DNA of 25,277 nucleotides from Pseudobdellovibrionaceae bacterium (GCA_041288045.1 JBGGMM010000192.1:1-25277), one strand, 5' to 3'. Positions 9,266 to 17,285 are shown, numbered from the stretch's first letter. Notes: generated by a model from the sequence alone, not told the origin. Program-made: numbers and translations.

Positions 9266-10309
9266 ATGCTAGTGAACTGTCCCCGTTGCGGATTTTCCCA
9301 ACCTAAGGATCGATATTGCGCGAGTTGCGGCGTGGACATGGAACTCTATCGTCCTGCCGGTGTTCCCATTTGGAAAAAAATTCTCAAAAGCCCCATTTTG
9401 CATGTCAGTTTGGTCTTTGTGATGGTGCTGGTTTCCATTTTGTACGTCAGGCAAAAGCAGCGCGAAGAATTGCGGGCCCGGGTCGAATACCTCCGGGGTG
9501 GTCCTCTGCTGGTGGAGCGTGGAAAAAAGCCAGTGCAAATCGATGCCAGTTCCGAAGCCAAGGAGCAATTGGCTCCGCCTCAGGTCGCTGCTGCCGCCGA
9601 TGGAGCAAAAAAGAACCTCGAAGTCACCAATGCCTCTGGAGAATTGCCAGCAGGCTCTTTGGCCGCCCGATCGGCAACCAGTAATCCAGCCGGGCCGGCC
9701 TCGACTGGAAATCCAAATCCAGCGGCCTTTCCTGCGAAAATCAATGTCTATTACATGGAAGTTGAAACGGCCACATTGAATTCTTGGATCGAAGAGTCCA
9801 AAGCCAGCAATCAAATCCGCCAATTTGACGATGTGCTGACGGGACCGCTCTTGCAAGTGAAGCAAAAAATCCGAGCGGCCAAGGGATTGAAGCTTTTGCA
9901 GAAAATCGATCTCAATATATCAACTCCGGGAGCCCCAGCCGAGTGGTTTGCTGGCACTCACAAGGGTTCAGATCCCGAAAGTGAAATGGGATTTTTCTCA
10001 TCACTGGTGATGGGTGATTCTCGAGATGGGCTGATTCGCGGGGAAATCGAAGTGCAAAGAGCTTTTCGCGACCCCAATGATGTGGCGAAAACCATGGAAA
10101 GAATTTCCTATGGTGGCCCTTTTGAGCTGGCCTCTGGGCAGGGATTTTTCATGCGTGGATTGCTGCCGCGTAAATTTGCCACGGATTTCGAAGAAGAGAC
10201 TCACCCTGACGCCTATTTGACGATTTTCAAATCGCGAAATTACCGTGAAGGCCAGACCGAGTTTACTTTGATTCTTGATTTTGATACGACATCTCCACAA
10301 GCGAGATGA
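9266..10309 (+). CDS. Hypothetical bitopic membrane protein with N-terminal Zn-ribbon
   Basis: CPRC-x10-CASC, one TM (ILHVSLVFVMVLVSILYV), an Ala/Pro-rich linker and a C-terminal globular region. Confidence 0.8.
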   Translation: MLVNCPRCGFSQPKDRYCASCGVDMELYRPAGVPIWKKILKSPILHVSLVFVMVLVSILYVRQKQREELRARVEYLRGGPLLVERGKKPVQIDASSEAKEQLAPPQVAAAADGAKKNLEVTNASGELPAGSLAARSATSNPAGPASTGNPNPAAFPAKINVYYMEVETATLNSWIEESKASNQIRQFDDVLTGPLLQVKQKIRAAKGLKLLQKIDLNISTPGAPAEWFAGTHKGSDPESEMGFFSSLVMGDSRDGLIRGEIEVQRAFRDPNDVAKTMERISYGGPFELASGQGFFMRGLLPRKFATDFEEETHPDAYLTIFKSRNYREGQTEFTLILDFDTTSPQAR

Positions 10310-10312
10310 TCG

Positions 10313-11089
10313 ATGAAAATTGAACATTTTTATGGTTCCCAAGTTCACATTCTGAACAACACTTACCTCAACGGGCTTTTGGCCAAGCTCTGCGCGCCTG
10401 AAACTTTTCAGCCAGAGATCAATCATCTGGTTGAAACTTTGTATGGTCATTTGTTGACGACAGTGATGAATGAGCAGTTTCCCAAAGAGACTCTCGAGAC
10501 CCTCACTCGAATGACTGAAATGCATCCTGAGCAGAAACTTCGAAGTGAGCGCCTCAAGAGCAGCCAAAAAGTGATTTCGGTGAATATTGCCCGGGCCGGG
10601 ACTTACCCCAGTCACATTTGCTTCAATGCCCTCCACTACGCCATTCATCACTCTTGCCTGCGCCAAGATCATATTTTTGCGGCTCGAGCCACCGATGGCA
10701 AAGACCAGGTCACTGGGACTGCCATTGGTGCGACGAAAATTGGCGGGGATCAGCAGGATTCCATCGTGCTTTTTCCTGATCCCATGGGGGCCACTGGCAA
10801 CACCCTGCTGGCTGCTTTGGATTATTATAAAAAATCAGTGCCTGGTCGAGCTCGACAGATGATTGCTTTGCATTTGATTGTGACCCCCGAGTATTTGCGC
10901 AAGGTTCTGACTCACCATCCTGATGTGCAGGTCTATGCTCTGAGACTTGACCGTGGGCTTTCGACTGAGGCAGTTTTAAAAGCTCCTCCGGGAAAGCATT
11001 GGGATCAAGAAAAGGGTCTCAATGAAAAAGGCTACATTGTCCCTGGCGGTGGTGGCTTTGGCGAAATCATGAATAATTCTTTTGTCTGA
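10313..11089 (+). CDS. upp: Uracil phosphoribosyltransferase-like protein
   Basis: IARAG, DPMGATGNT (PRPP-binding loop; UPRTase consensus DPMLATG) and LNEKGYIVPG; adjacent to hpt. Confidence 0.75.
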   Translation: MKIEHFYGSQVHILNNTYLNGLLAKLCAPETFQPEINHLVETLYGHLLTTVMNEQFPKETLETLTRMTEMHPEQKLRSERLKSSQKVISVNIARAGTYPSHICFNALHYAIHHSCLRQDHIFAARATDGKDQVTGTAIGATKIGGDQQDSIVLFPDPMGATGNTLLAALDYYKKSVPGRARQMIALHLIVTPEYLRKVLTHHPDVQVYALRLDRGLSTEAVLKAPPGKHWDQEKGLNEKGYIVPGGGGFGEIMNNSFV

Positions 11090-11125
11090 TCAAGAGATAA
11101 CGAAACGAAAACAAGGAAAACGGCG

Positions 11126-11656
11126 ATGACAAATTTGAAACTCTCTAGCTATATCAAAGAAGAAGACATCCAGGGCAAAGTCAAAGAAATGGGCCAAGCT
11201 CTTTCAAAGAAATTCAAAGGCCAAGAAGTGGTCGCCGTCTGCGTGCTCAAAGGCTCTTTCATGTTTTACTCGGACCTCATTCGCCAAATCAGCACTGATA
11301 TCACTTGCGAATTTTTCGGAGTTTCCAGCTATCACGGTGGAACCACATCATCAGGGGAAGTGAAAGTCACTTTGGATCTGGCAGGACCTGTCGAAGGCAA
11401 GCATGTGGTTTTGGTGGAAGATATCGTCGATACAGGTTTGACCATGAACTATCTAAAATCTGCTCTGATGTCGCGAAAACCCAAGAGCCTCACAACTGTC
11501 GCTCTATTGGAAAAACCAGAAGCTTTGAAAGTGAAATGCGAAATCGATATGGTCGGCTTTAAAATCCCGAACGATTTCGTCGTCGGCTACGGCCTGGATT
11601 ACCAAGGCTTCTACCGAAACCTGCCCTACATCGCCCAAGTCCAAAATTTCAACTAG
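11126..11656 (+). CDS. hpt: Hypoxanthine phosphoribosyltransferase
   Basis: VLKGSFMFYSDL, VSSY, VLVEDIVDTGLT, FVVGYGLDY, YRNLPYI; AAGGA RBS. Confidence 0.96.
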   Translation: MTNLKLSSYIKEEDIQGKVKEMGQALSKKFKGQEVVAVCVLKGSFMFYSDLIRQISTDITCEFFGVSSYHGGTTSSGEVKVTLDLAGPVEGKHVVLVEDIVDTGLTMNYLKSALMSRKPKSLTTVALLEKPEALKVKCEIDMVGFKIPNDFVVGYGLDYQGFYRNLPYIAQVQNFN

Positions 11657-11666
11657 GTCAGGGGCC

Positions 11667-11775
11667 GAGGGTGCCTTTCTCTTTTTCCTTCACCCGCTGC
11701 AGCAGGAGTCCCTGCTGAGCCTCTTATTTCGCGCACTTAATGCGCTGGGTGAAGCAAAAAGAGAAAGGCACCCTC
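11667..11775. repeat. 109-bp palindromic element with 29-bp terminal inverted repeats (MITE/REP-like)
   Basis: GAGGGTGCCTTTCTCTTTTTCCTTCACCC (11667-11695) matches the reverse complement of 11747-11775 at 28/29 positions. Internal hairpins CAGCAGG/CCTGCTG and GCGCA/TGCGC. Confidence 0.85.
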
Positions 11776-11778
11776 AAG

Positions 11779-13449
11779 CTACGGGATCAGGAGGACTTGG
11801 CCGGTTCGCAGTTTTGAGTTCTTTTTGAGTTTGTTCAGCTTGCGGATTTCTTGGATTGAAATTCCGTACTCTTCGGCAATTTTTTTGATGTTCTCGCCTC
11901 TTTTCACTCGGTGAGCGAAAGGTTGATTTTCATCTTCCGAAGCTGGCGCTGCTCGGCCTTCGGCCTCGGCGGTGGCTTGGGCCTTTCTCAGAGCTTCGGG
12001 ACTTTCAAGCTCTTTGGCGATCATTTCGGATTTTACTTTTGGAATTGAGACGATCACGTTTTTGGGAATCAGTCGACCGCGGGTTCTGGCCAGCTTTGTG
12101 ATGTGCGGATTGAAAACCTGAGTTTTCAAATCATCGCCATCAAACCAACGAAGCAAATCGCGGTATTTTATCGCCAGCGGCAGTTTCACATCATGAGATT
12201 CCAGTGGCTGGGACCAAGAGACTGAGCCTAAATACTTTTGTGCATTGCTTGTGACTTCCAGAGCTGCCAGAAAACTGGCGTAGAAATTTCTAGAAGCAAA
12301 ACCAAATTTTTTCTGTGAAACCAATTCGCCAATGTCGCGGGTCTTCGCTTTCTTTGAAATTCGAAGCACTCCGCTGGGTCCGTGATTGTAGCCCGTCAAA
12401 GCCAGTGGCCAGCTTTCCAGCATTTTATAATTGATGCGCAAAAGCTTGGCCGCCAATCGAGCCGCTTCAGCTGGATGATTGCGAAGATCGATGGCTGGAT
12501 CTCGCTTCATAAAGCCACGCATGGTGTATGGCATGATCTGCCAAAGCCCACTGGCGCCGACTTTGGATCTGGCTAAAACATTGTAAGAGCTTTCGACAAA
12601 GGGAAGTCTCACAAGCTCAATGGGCAAACCGGCTTCACGAAAGATTTTTTCAAATTCGTCCAAATACCGACCGGAAAAATAAATCCCTTGGATGATTCGA
12701 TCCTTTTGCCCCAACTGAAAGCGAAGCCGGCTTTTTTTCGCAGCTGTCGTGAATTTCTTCGGATCGTCGAACTGGGCGAAATAATCCCAAATTTTTCTTT
12801 CATTAAAATTTAATGACGAAGGCTCGTTGATATTTTTAAATTTTTCCAGCAAAGCAACTGTTCGCTTTTTGGCCTCTTTGACTTTTTTGATTTTCAAAGC
12901 TTCTTTTTGGTAGGGATTCAAATCTGTGCGCGAAGAGATGTCCGTGAAATCCAGCTCTTCATAGATCAAGTCCATATAATCAGAATCATGCAAGACGCCC
13001 TGATCCGTTGTGTATTTCGAATAGACATTCAGCCAAAACTTGAAGTTGACCTCAAGGCCCTTGGGAATGGCAAAGGTCTGTGGACTGTAACCCAAAGCCC
13101 CTTCTTGATTGGAAAAATCAGGGGACTTCCAAGGACGCGAAGTTGTCAGATTTTTTTCTCCGGCCACATCTTCGTGAGAAACAGGAGTGTCTTCATCGGT
13201 GACTGGAGTGAAAGTCGAATCCTCAGCTTCTGCCTCGGGAGCGGGCTTATCACCGGCTTCTGTGCGCGGAGTTTCTTCGGTCTCGCCAGGCGAGTCGACA
13301 ACAAAGGGAACTCCGTTTTCAGTAAAGTCTTTTTTTGCAGGTGTCACCATTGGCTCTTGCGCAGAAGCGCCAGCCGAAAAAAGAAGCAGAAATGAAAAGA
13401 GGATTTTTAACTGCCGCACCCAGGAGCCTCCGCTCAATTCAACTCTCAT
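11779..13449 (-). CDS. MltD-like lytic transglycosylase (SLT domain plus C-terminal LysM)
   Basis: Signal-like N-terminus, acidic linker, FVESSYN (catalytic Glu), GASGLWQIMP, GYNHG, and LysM HRVKRGENIKKIAEEYG...LRTGQVLLIP. ATGA overlap with dacB. Confidence 0.9.
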   Translation of the reverse strand: MRVELSGGSWVRQLKILFSFLLLFSAGASAQEPMVTPAKKDFTENGVPFVVDSPGETEETPRTEAGDKPAPEAEAEDSTFTPVTDEDTPVSHEDVAGEKNLTTSRPWKSPDFSNQEGALGYSPQTFAIPKGLEVNFKFWLNVYSKYTTDQGVLHDSDYMDLIYEELDFTDISSRTDLNPYQKEALKIKKVKEAKKRTVALLEKFKNINEPSSLNFNERKIWDYFAQFDDPKKFTTAAKKSRLRFQLGQKDRIIQGIYFSGRYLDEFEKIFREAGLPIELVRLPFVESSYNVLARSKVGASGLWQIMPYTMRGFMKRDPAIDLRNHPAEAARLAAKLLRINYKMLESWPLALTGYNHGPSGVLRISKKAKTRDIGELVSQKKFGFASRNFYASFLAALEVTSNAQKYLGSVSWSQPLESHDVKLPLAIKYRDLLRWFDGDDLKTQVFNPHITKLARTRGRLIPKNVIVSIPKVKSEMIAKELESPEALRKAQATAEAEGRAAPASEDENQPFAHRVKRGENIKKIAEEYGISIQEIRKLNKLKKNSKLRTGQVLLIP

Positions 13450-14870
13450 TCGACCAATGAAACAGCCAAGCGATCAAAGAGAGAACGCACTTGTGCACCA
13501 TCGGCATTTCCGTTGTACATAAACACGAAGGGAAGGACAGTTCCGTCGCTTCGTCCGGCATATCCTGCCAAAGCGACAACCCCATCCAAGAGTCCAGTCT
13601 TGGCCCGCACCCACCTTTGACCAGGTCCATCCTTCATTCGATTTTTCAAAGTGCCATCCACTCCACCAATCGGCAGCGAAGCCACGAACTCGGGCTGATA
13701 GCGAAACTGAAATTTCATGTCGTTAAGAACTTTCCAGATGGCAGTTGCGGTCATTTTGTTTTGCCGAGTGAGCCCTGAGGGATTGAAAAGCTCAAAGTGA
13801 GTTCCTGGAACTCCGATTTCCAGCAAGTAGCGATTGAGAACTTTCATTCCTTTTTCAATGGTGCCTGGTGGCGAAGTCGCTGCCGCTAAATTCTTGGTCA
13901 GCATTTCAGCCACGTAATTATTTGAAAATTTATTCATGTCCGCCAAAATGCCTTCGATGGTTTTGCTTTCAGCTTCGGCCATGAGCTTGGCTGATTCAGG
14001 AGTCTTTCCGGATTTGATGGAGCCTTTGACTTCGACTCCTCGTTGCTGAAGAAAGGATTTCAAATTGGAGCCGGCCCACAAATCGGGCTGCGTGATGTTT
14101 TTATAAACCACCACTTCTTTTGAATTGAGAGCGATTTTTCCGCTGACGACGATCACATCGCCAGCCCCTTTGGAATCCTCGTCCCGATCCACCATGACAT
14201 TGGTTTTTCCATCAGCAGCGAGAGTTGTGACTTTGGATTTCAGTTGGATGTATTGGTTTTCTGGATCGGCGAACACCAAGGCTGGATCGCCGGCTTTTTT
14301 TCCAGGTCTGACGAAGACATTGACGGAATTCCAGTTGAAAGACATGGCTCCGGTTGGCGCGTCGTAAGCGCGGTCGACTCTTTCTTTTTGTCGACTGGGA
14401 TCAAATCTCAATTGATCAAAATAAGTGTCATCGACAAGAATGTTTCCTTCGATGGTTTTCACTCCTGAGCGAATGAAGGCATTGACTAAAAACCACATGG
14501 TTTCAGAGACGAAAGAGGGGTCGCCTCCCCCTTTCAGGATCAAATCGCCTTTGAGAACTCCGTCTTCAATTGCGGCTGAGCTCCAAAGGCTTGTTTTGAA
14601 TTTGGTTCCTGGAGGAAATTGCGAAATGGATGTGGCCGCAGTCACCAATTTGGTGATCGAGGCCGGGATCATTTTCTTGTCGGGGTTTTTGGCCAGAATG
14701 ACTTTGGGTTCGCCTTCGCCACCAGCGATGTAAATGCCGAGCTGAGAGTCGGGGATTCCTGATTTTTTGAGAATTTGTTCTAGATTTTTTTCTTCTTTAG
14801 AAATCCAAGCCCCATCTAAGGCCAAGGCCTTCCCACTGAGCGCGAGAAGCGTAACAGCAATCCATTTCAT
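13446..14870 (-). CDS. dacB: D-Ala-D-Ala carboxypeptidase/endopeptidase, PBP4 (peptidase S13)
   Basis: Signal peptide, PASITK (SxxK), LKGGGDP, FSNN (SxN), SGLTRQN, GVDGTL, AKTG. Confidence 0.94.
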   Translation of the reverse strand: MKWIAVTLLALSGKALALDGAWISKEEKNLEQILKKSGIPDSQLGIYIAGGEGEPKVILAKNPDKKMIPASITKLVTAATSISQFPPGTKFKTSLWSSAAIEDGVLKGDLILKGGGDPSFVSETMWFLVNAFIRSGVKTIEGNILVDDTYFDQLRFDPSRQKERVDRAYDAPTGAMSFNWNSVNVFVRPGKKAGDPALVFADPENQYIQLKSKVTTLAADGKTNVMVDRDEDSKGAGDVIVVSGKIALNSKEVVVYKNITQPDLWAGSNLKSFLQQRGVEVKGSIKSGKTPESAKLMAEAESKTIEGILADMNKFSNNYVAEMLTKNLAAATSPPGTIEKGMKVLNRYLLEIGVPGTHFELFNPSGLTRQNKMTATAIWKVLNDMKFQFRYQPEFVASLPIGGVDGTLKNRMKDGPGQRWVRAKTGLLDGVVALAGYAGRSDGTVLPFVFMYNGNADGAQVRSLFDRLAVSLVE

Positions 14871-14887
14871 TTGAACCTCGTTGTTTC

Positions 14888-14916
14888 ATGCTAAAGGGCC
14901 CTTGAAGCTCAGGCAA
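14888..14916 (-). promoter_or_regulatory. Sigma70-like promoter for dacB and the transglycosylase
   Basis: Minus strand TTGCCT-17 nt-TAGCAT, then a short leader with a GAGG RBS. Confidence 0.55.
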
Positions 14917-14930
14917 TCAGGAAGTATGTT
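14902..14930 (+). promoter_or_regulatory. Sigma70-like promoter for the diguanylate cyclase
   Basis: TTGAAG (14902-14907)-17 nt-TATGTT (14925-14930), 6 nt before ATG 14937. Confidence 0.55.
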
Positions 14931-14936
14931 GAAATG

Positions 14937-15842
14937 ATGTCGCTCACCAAGCCTTTGCTTTTTATTGTCGACGATGAACCTTCCACCCTCGCTGCGCTGG
15001 AAAGACTGCTTCGAAATGATTTCGAAGTTCAGACTTTCACTGAAGCTGAAAAGGCCTTGGCCCAATTGGAGCAGCAAGATCCGGCTTTGGTCCTAACGGA
15101 TTCCATCATGCCGAAAATGACCGGCCATGAATTCTTAAAAAGAGTGCGACTTTTGCGTCCCAACAGTCTTCGCGTCCTGCTCTCGGGCCAAATTGCCAAT
15201 GATGACCTTTCTGAAGCGATCAATATCGGGCTGATCCATCGCTTTTTCGTCAAACCCTGGGACAATGAAATTCTGAAATTGCAGCTTTTGGAATGCTTAC
15301 AGCAACGAAAGACTTTAATTGAAAAAGATTTTCTGGCCACTTTGGCTCTCACCGACCCAGTGACTGGACTTGGAAATCATCGCTTGTTTCAAGAGCAGCT
15401 GCGAATTGAAATTGCCAGAGCTCAACGTCACCAAAGGCCTCTTTCGCTGATGATGATGGACATTGATCATTTCAAAACTTGGAACGATCAATTTGGTCAT
15501 CCGGCGGGGGATTTGCTGCTTAAAAATGTTTCCTCTTTGCTGCTCAAAGGATTGCGCAATATTGATTGGGTGGCGAGATACGGCGGTGATGAATTTGCAA
15601 TGATTTTGCCTGACACTCAATCGCATCATGCTTTGCAAATTGCTGAGCGATTGCGAACTCAGTTTTTCAAATCGCAAGAAGCCCACCAAGGTCCAGGCCC
15701 ACTTTCACTCAGTTTTGGAATTGCTTCTTTTCCTGAGCATGCGGCGAAAGCAAAAGAGTTGATCCAGGCTGCAGACCAGGCCCTCTACCAGGCCAAACAT
15801 CAGGGCCGAAATCAATCCCTTATTGCAGCCACTGCCCAGTGA
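14937..15842 (+). CDS. Response-regulator diguanylate cyclase (REC-GGDEF)
   Basis: REC domain (IVDDE, VLTD phosphoacceptor, KPW) and GGDEF domain (DIDHFK, RNID I-site RxxD, RYGGDEF, ADQALYQAK). Start could be 14934 or 14937. Confidence 0.93.
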   Translation: MSLTKPLLFIVDDEPSTLAALERLLRNDFEVQTFTEAEKALAQLEQQDPALVLTDSIMPKMTGHEFLKRVRLLRPNSLRVLLSGQIANDDLSEAINIGLIHRFFVKPWDNEILKLQLLECLQQRKTLIEKDFLATLALTDPVTGLGNHRLFQEQLRIEIARAQRHQRPLSLMMMDIDHFKTWNDQFGHPAGDLLLKNVSSLLLKGLRNIDWVARYGGDEFAMILPDTQSHHALQIAERLRTQFFKSQEAHQGPGPLSLSFGIASFPEHAAKAKELIQAADQALYQAKHQGRNQSLIAATAQ

Positions 15843-15851
15843 TTCTACACT
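15823..15851 (+). promoter_or_regulatory. Sigma70-like promoter for the lspA fusion
   Basis: TTGCAG (15823-15828)-17 nt-TACACT (15846-15851); AAGGAAG RBS 8 nt before ATG 15878. Confidence 0.5.
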
Positions 15852-15877
15852 GAAAGAATCACAAGGAAGTGCGCCGG

Positions 15878-16909
15878 ATGAAAAATCGCGAATGGTTCAT
15901 CGTTTTTATTCCACTTGTTCTCACTTGGGCCGTCGATTTCTTTACCAAGCAGTGGGCCAGTGAGCTGACTTCGTATAAAGATTTCGGAATCGTCAATTTC
16001 GTTCTTCACCACAATCCGGGAGCCATGCTGGGTCTTTTCGCCGACCTGCCACCCATTTTGCGAGTGGTCTCTTTGTCGACGGGTGGAGCTTTCTTGTTTT
16101 GCACTTATGGTTTGATTCAGTATTTGCTGCCGATCAAATCCCTGACTTTGAGAACCGGTCTGTCGATTTTGCTCGGCGGAATTTTGGGCAATGTCACCGA
16201 TCGCATTATCTATGGTCACGTGATTGATTTCATCGTTTTCCGCTTGGGTGATTTGGGAAGTCCCGCTTTCAATTTGGCTGACGCTCTTCAGTGGGTGGGC
16301 TATGGGCTCATCGTTTATGCGATTGTCAAAGAGGGTGATCTTTTGTGGCCCGAATTCAACTCGAGAAGAAAGTACTGGATCAATCCAAGATTTCAATTGA
16401 AGTACTGCTTTTTCTTGCTGGGCGTGGGCTTCGGAGTGGGCTTGGTGTCGATGGTTTTCTCGTACACTTATTTGCGAGTGACGATGATCGAACTGAGCGG
16501 TCACAACACTCTGATCCTGGATAAATTCTTACTGCCTTTCACAATGACTTTCGGTTTGATCATCATGGGTCTCTGTGCGGGTCTTTTCACAGTGGGAAAA
16601 ATCATTTCCCACAAAATCGCCGGCCCCCTTTACGCTTTTGAAAAAGTCATGAGCGATGCCATCGAAGGCAAAAACCGCCCCTTCAAATTGCGCTCAAAAG
16701 ACGAATTCAAACATTTAGAAGATTTAGCAATGCAAATCCAAAAGCACCTGATTCGCTACGGAGCCCTGCCAGCAGATAAAAACGTCGAAGAAATTTCAGC
16801 CGAAGATCTCGAAGTCCAAGGCGCTTTGGTCGCCGAAGTGGCAGAGAAGTCTCATCAAGAGCATGAAAAAGCGCAGGCAACTCCGGCAGTCACGAAGATT
16901 TCCGGGTAA
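15878..16909 (+). CDS. lspA: Lipoprotein signal peptidase II with C-terminal TM-TM-HAMP-like extension
   Basis: DFFTK, NPGAMLG, GGILGNVTDR, VIDFI and FNLAD (both catalytic Asp present). About 190 extra aa with two hydrophobic helices and SHKIAGPL...LRSKDEFKHL. ATG 15878 preferred over GTG 15869 on RBS spacing. Confidence 0.88.
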   Translation: MKNREWFIVFIPLVLTWAVDFFTKQWASELTSYKDFGIVNFVLHHNPGAMLGLFADLPPILRVVSLSTGGAFLFCTYGLIQYLLPIKSLTLRTGLSILLGGILGNVTDRIIYGHVIDFIVFRLGDLGSPAFNLADALQWVGYGLIVYAIVKEGDLLWPEFNSRRKYWINPRFQLKYCFFLLGVGFGVGLVSMVFSYTYLRVTMIELSGHNTLILDKFLLPFTMTFGLIIMGLCAGLFTVGKIISHKIAGPLYAFEKVMSDAIEGKNRPFKLRSKDEFKHLEDLAMQIQKHLIRYGALPADKNVEEISAEDLEVQGALVAEVAEKSHQEHEKAQATPAVTKISG

Positions 16910-16995
16910 AGCCGGACTCTGTAGTTCGGGGGTCTTCATCCATGATGTTGACCCTTGGTATGGCGTGCTAATGCCAACTCTTCCACCACCTCCCA

Positions 16996-17095
16996 AAACC
17001 GGGGGTATCGGTCACATCTCTAACTTCCAAAGCCAATCTCCCGATTCCAAACCGGGGGTATCGGTCACACCTCAAGAATCCAAAGCCAACCACCC
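16996..17095. repeat. Two-copy direct repeat, 53-bp period
   Basis: AAACCGGGGGTATCGGTCACA is identical at 16996-17016 and 17049-17069; each copy is followed by N-CTC-N5-TCCAAAGCCAA. Confidence 0.9.
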
Positions 17096-17125
17096 AACTG
17101 AAGAAGTCGGTCTTCCTGACACGTT

Positions 17126-17198
17126 CATCCTGGAAACTGGGGCATCCATGCCCCAGCCCCAAAGGGGTGCGGCCATGGATGGCCGCATTTCCAGGATG
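17126..17198. repeat. 73-nt palindromic four-way-junction element (REP/REPIN-like)
   Basis: Closing stem CATCCTGGAAA/TTTCCAGGATG (11 bp) encloses CTGGGGCAT-CC-ATGCCCCAG, CCCC-AAA-GGGG and TGCGGCCAT-GG-ATGGCCGCA with no linker bases. Confidence 0.85.
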
Positions 17199-17285
17199 CA
17201 AAGCTAGGAAGGCTTACCCGAGCGAAGAATGAAATTGAATTTTGAATTGGAACTAGAGGCAAAGACGTGAAATCGCAGCAAGCAG

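Noticed and set aside
16996..17095. Possible CRISPR array (21-nt repeat, 32-nt gap)
   Set aside because: Only two repeats, the would-be spacers resemble each other (shared TCCAAAGCCAA), and no cas genes are in the window.
17126..17198. tRNA gene
   Set aside because: Right size and cloverleaf-like, but no T-loop GTTC, no D-loop, no 7-nt anticodon loop and wrong stem lengths.
16863..17207. Short ORFs 16863-17207 (+), 16968-17201 (-) and 16796-16996 (-)
   Set aside because: They run through palindromic and tandem-repeat DNA with a non-triplet period and show no recognisable protein features.
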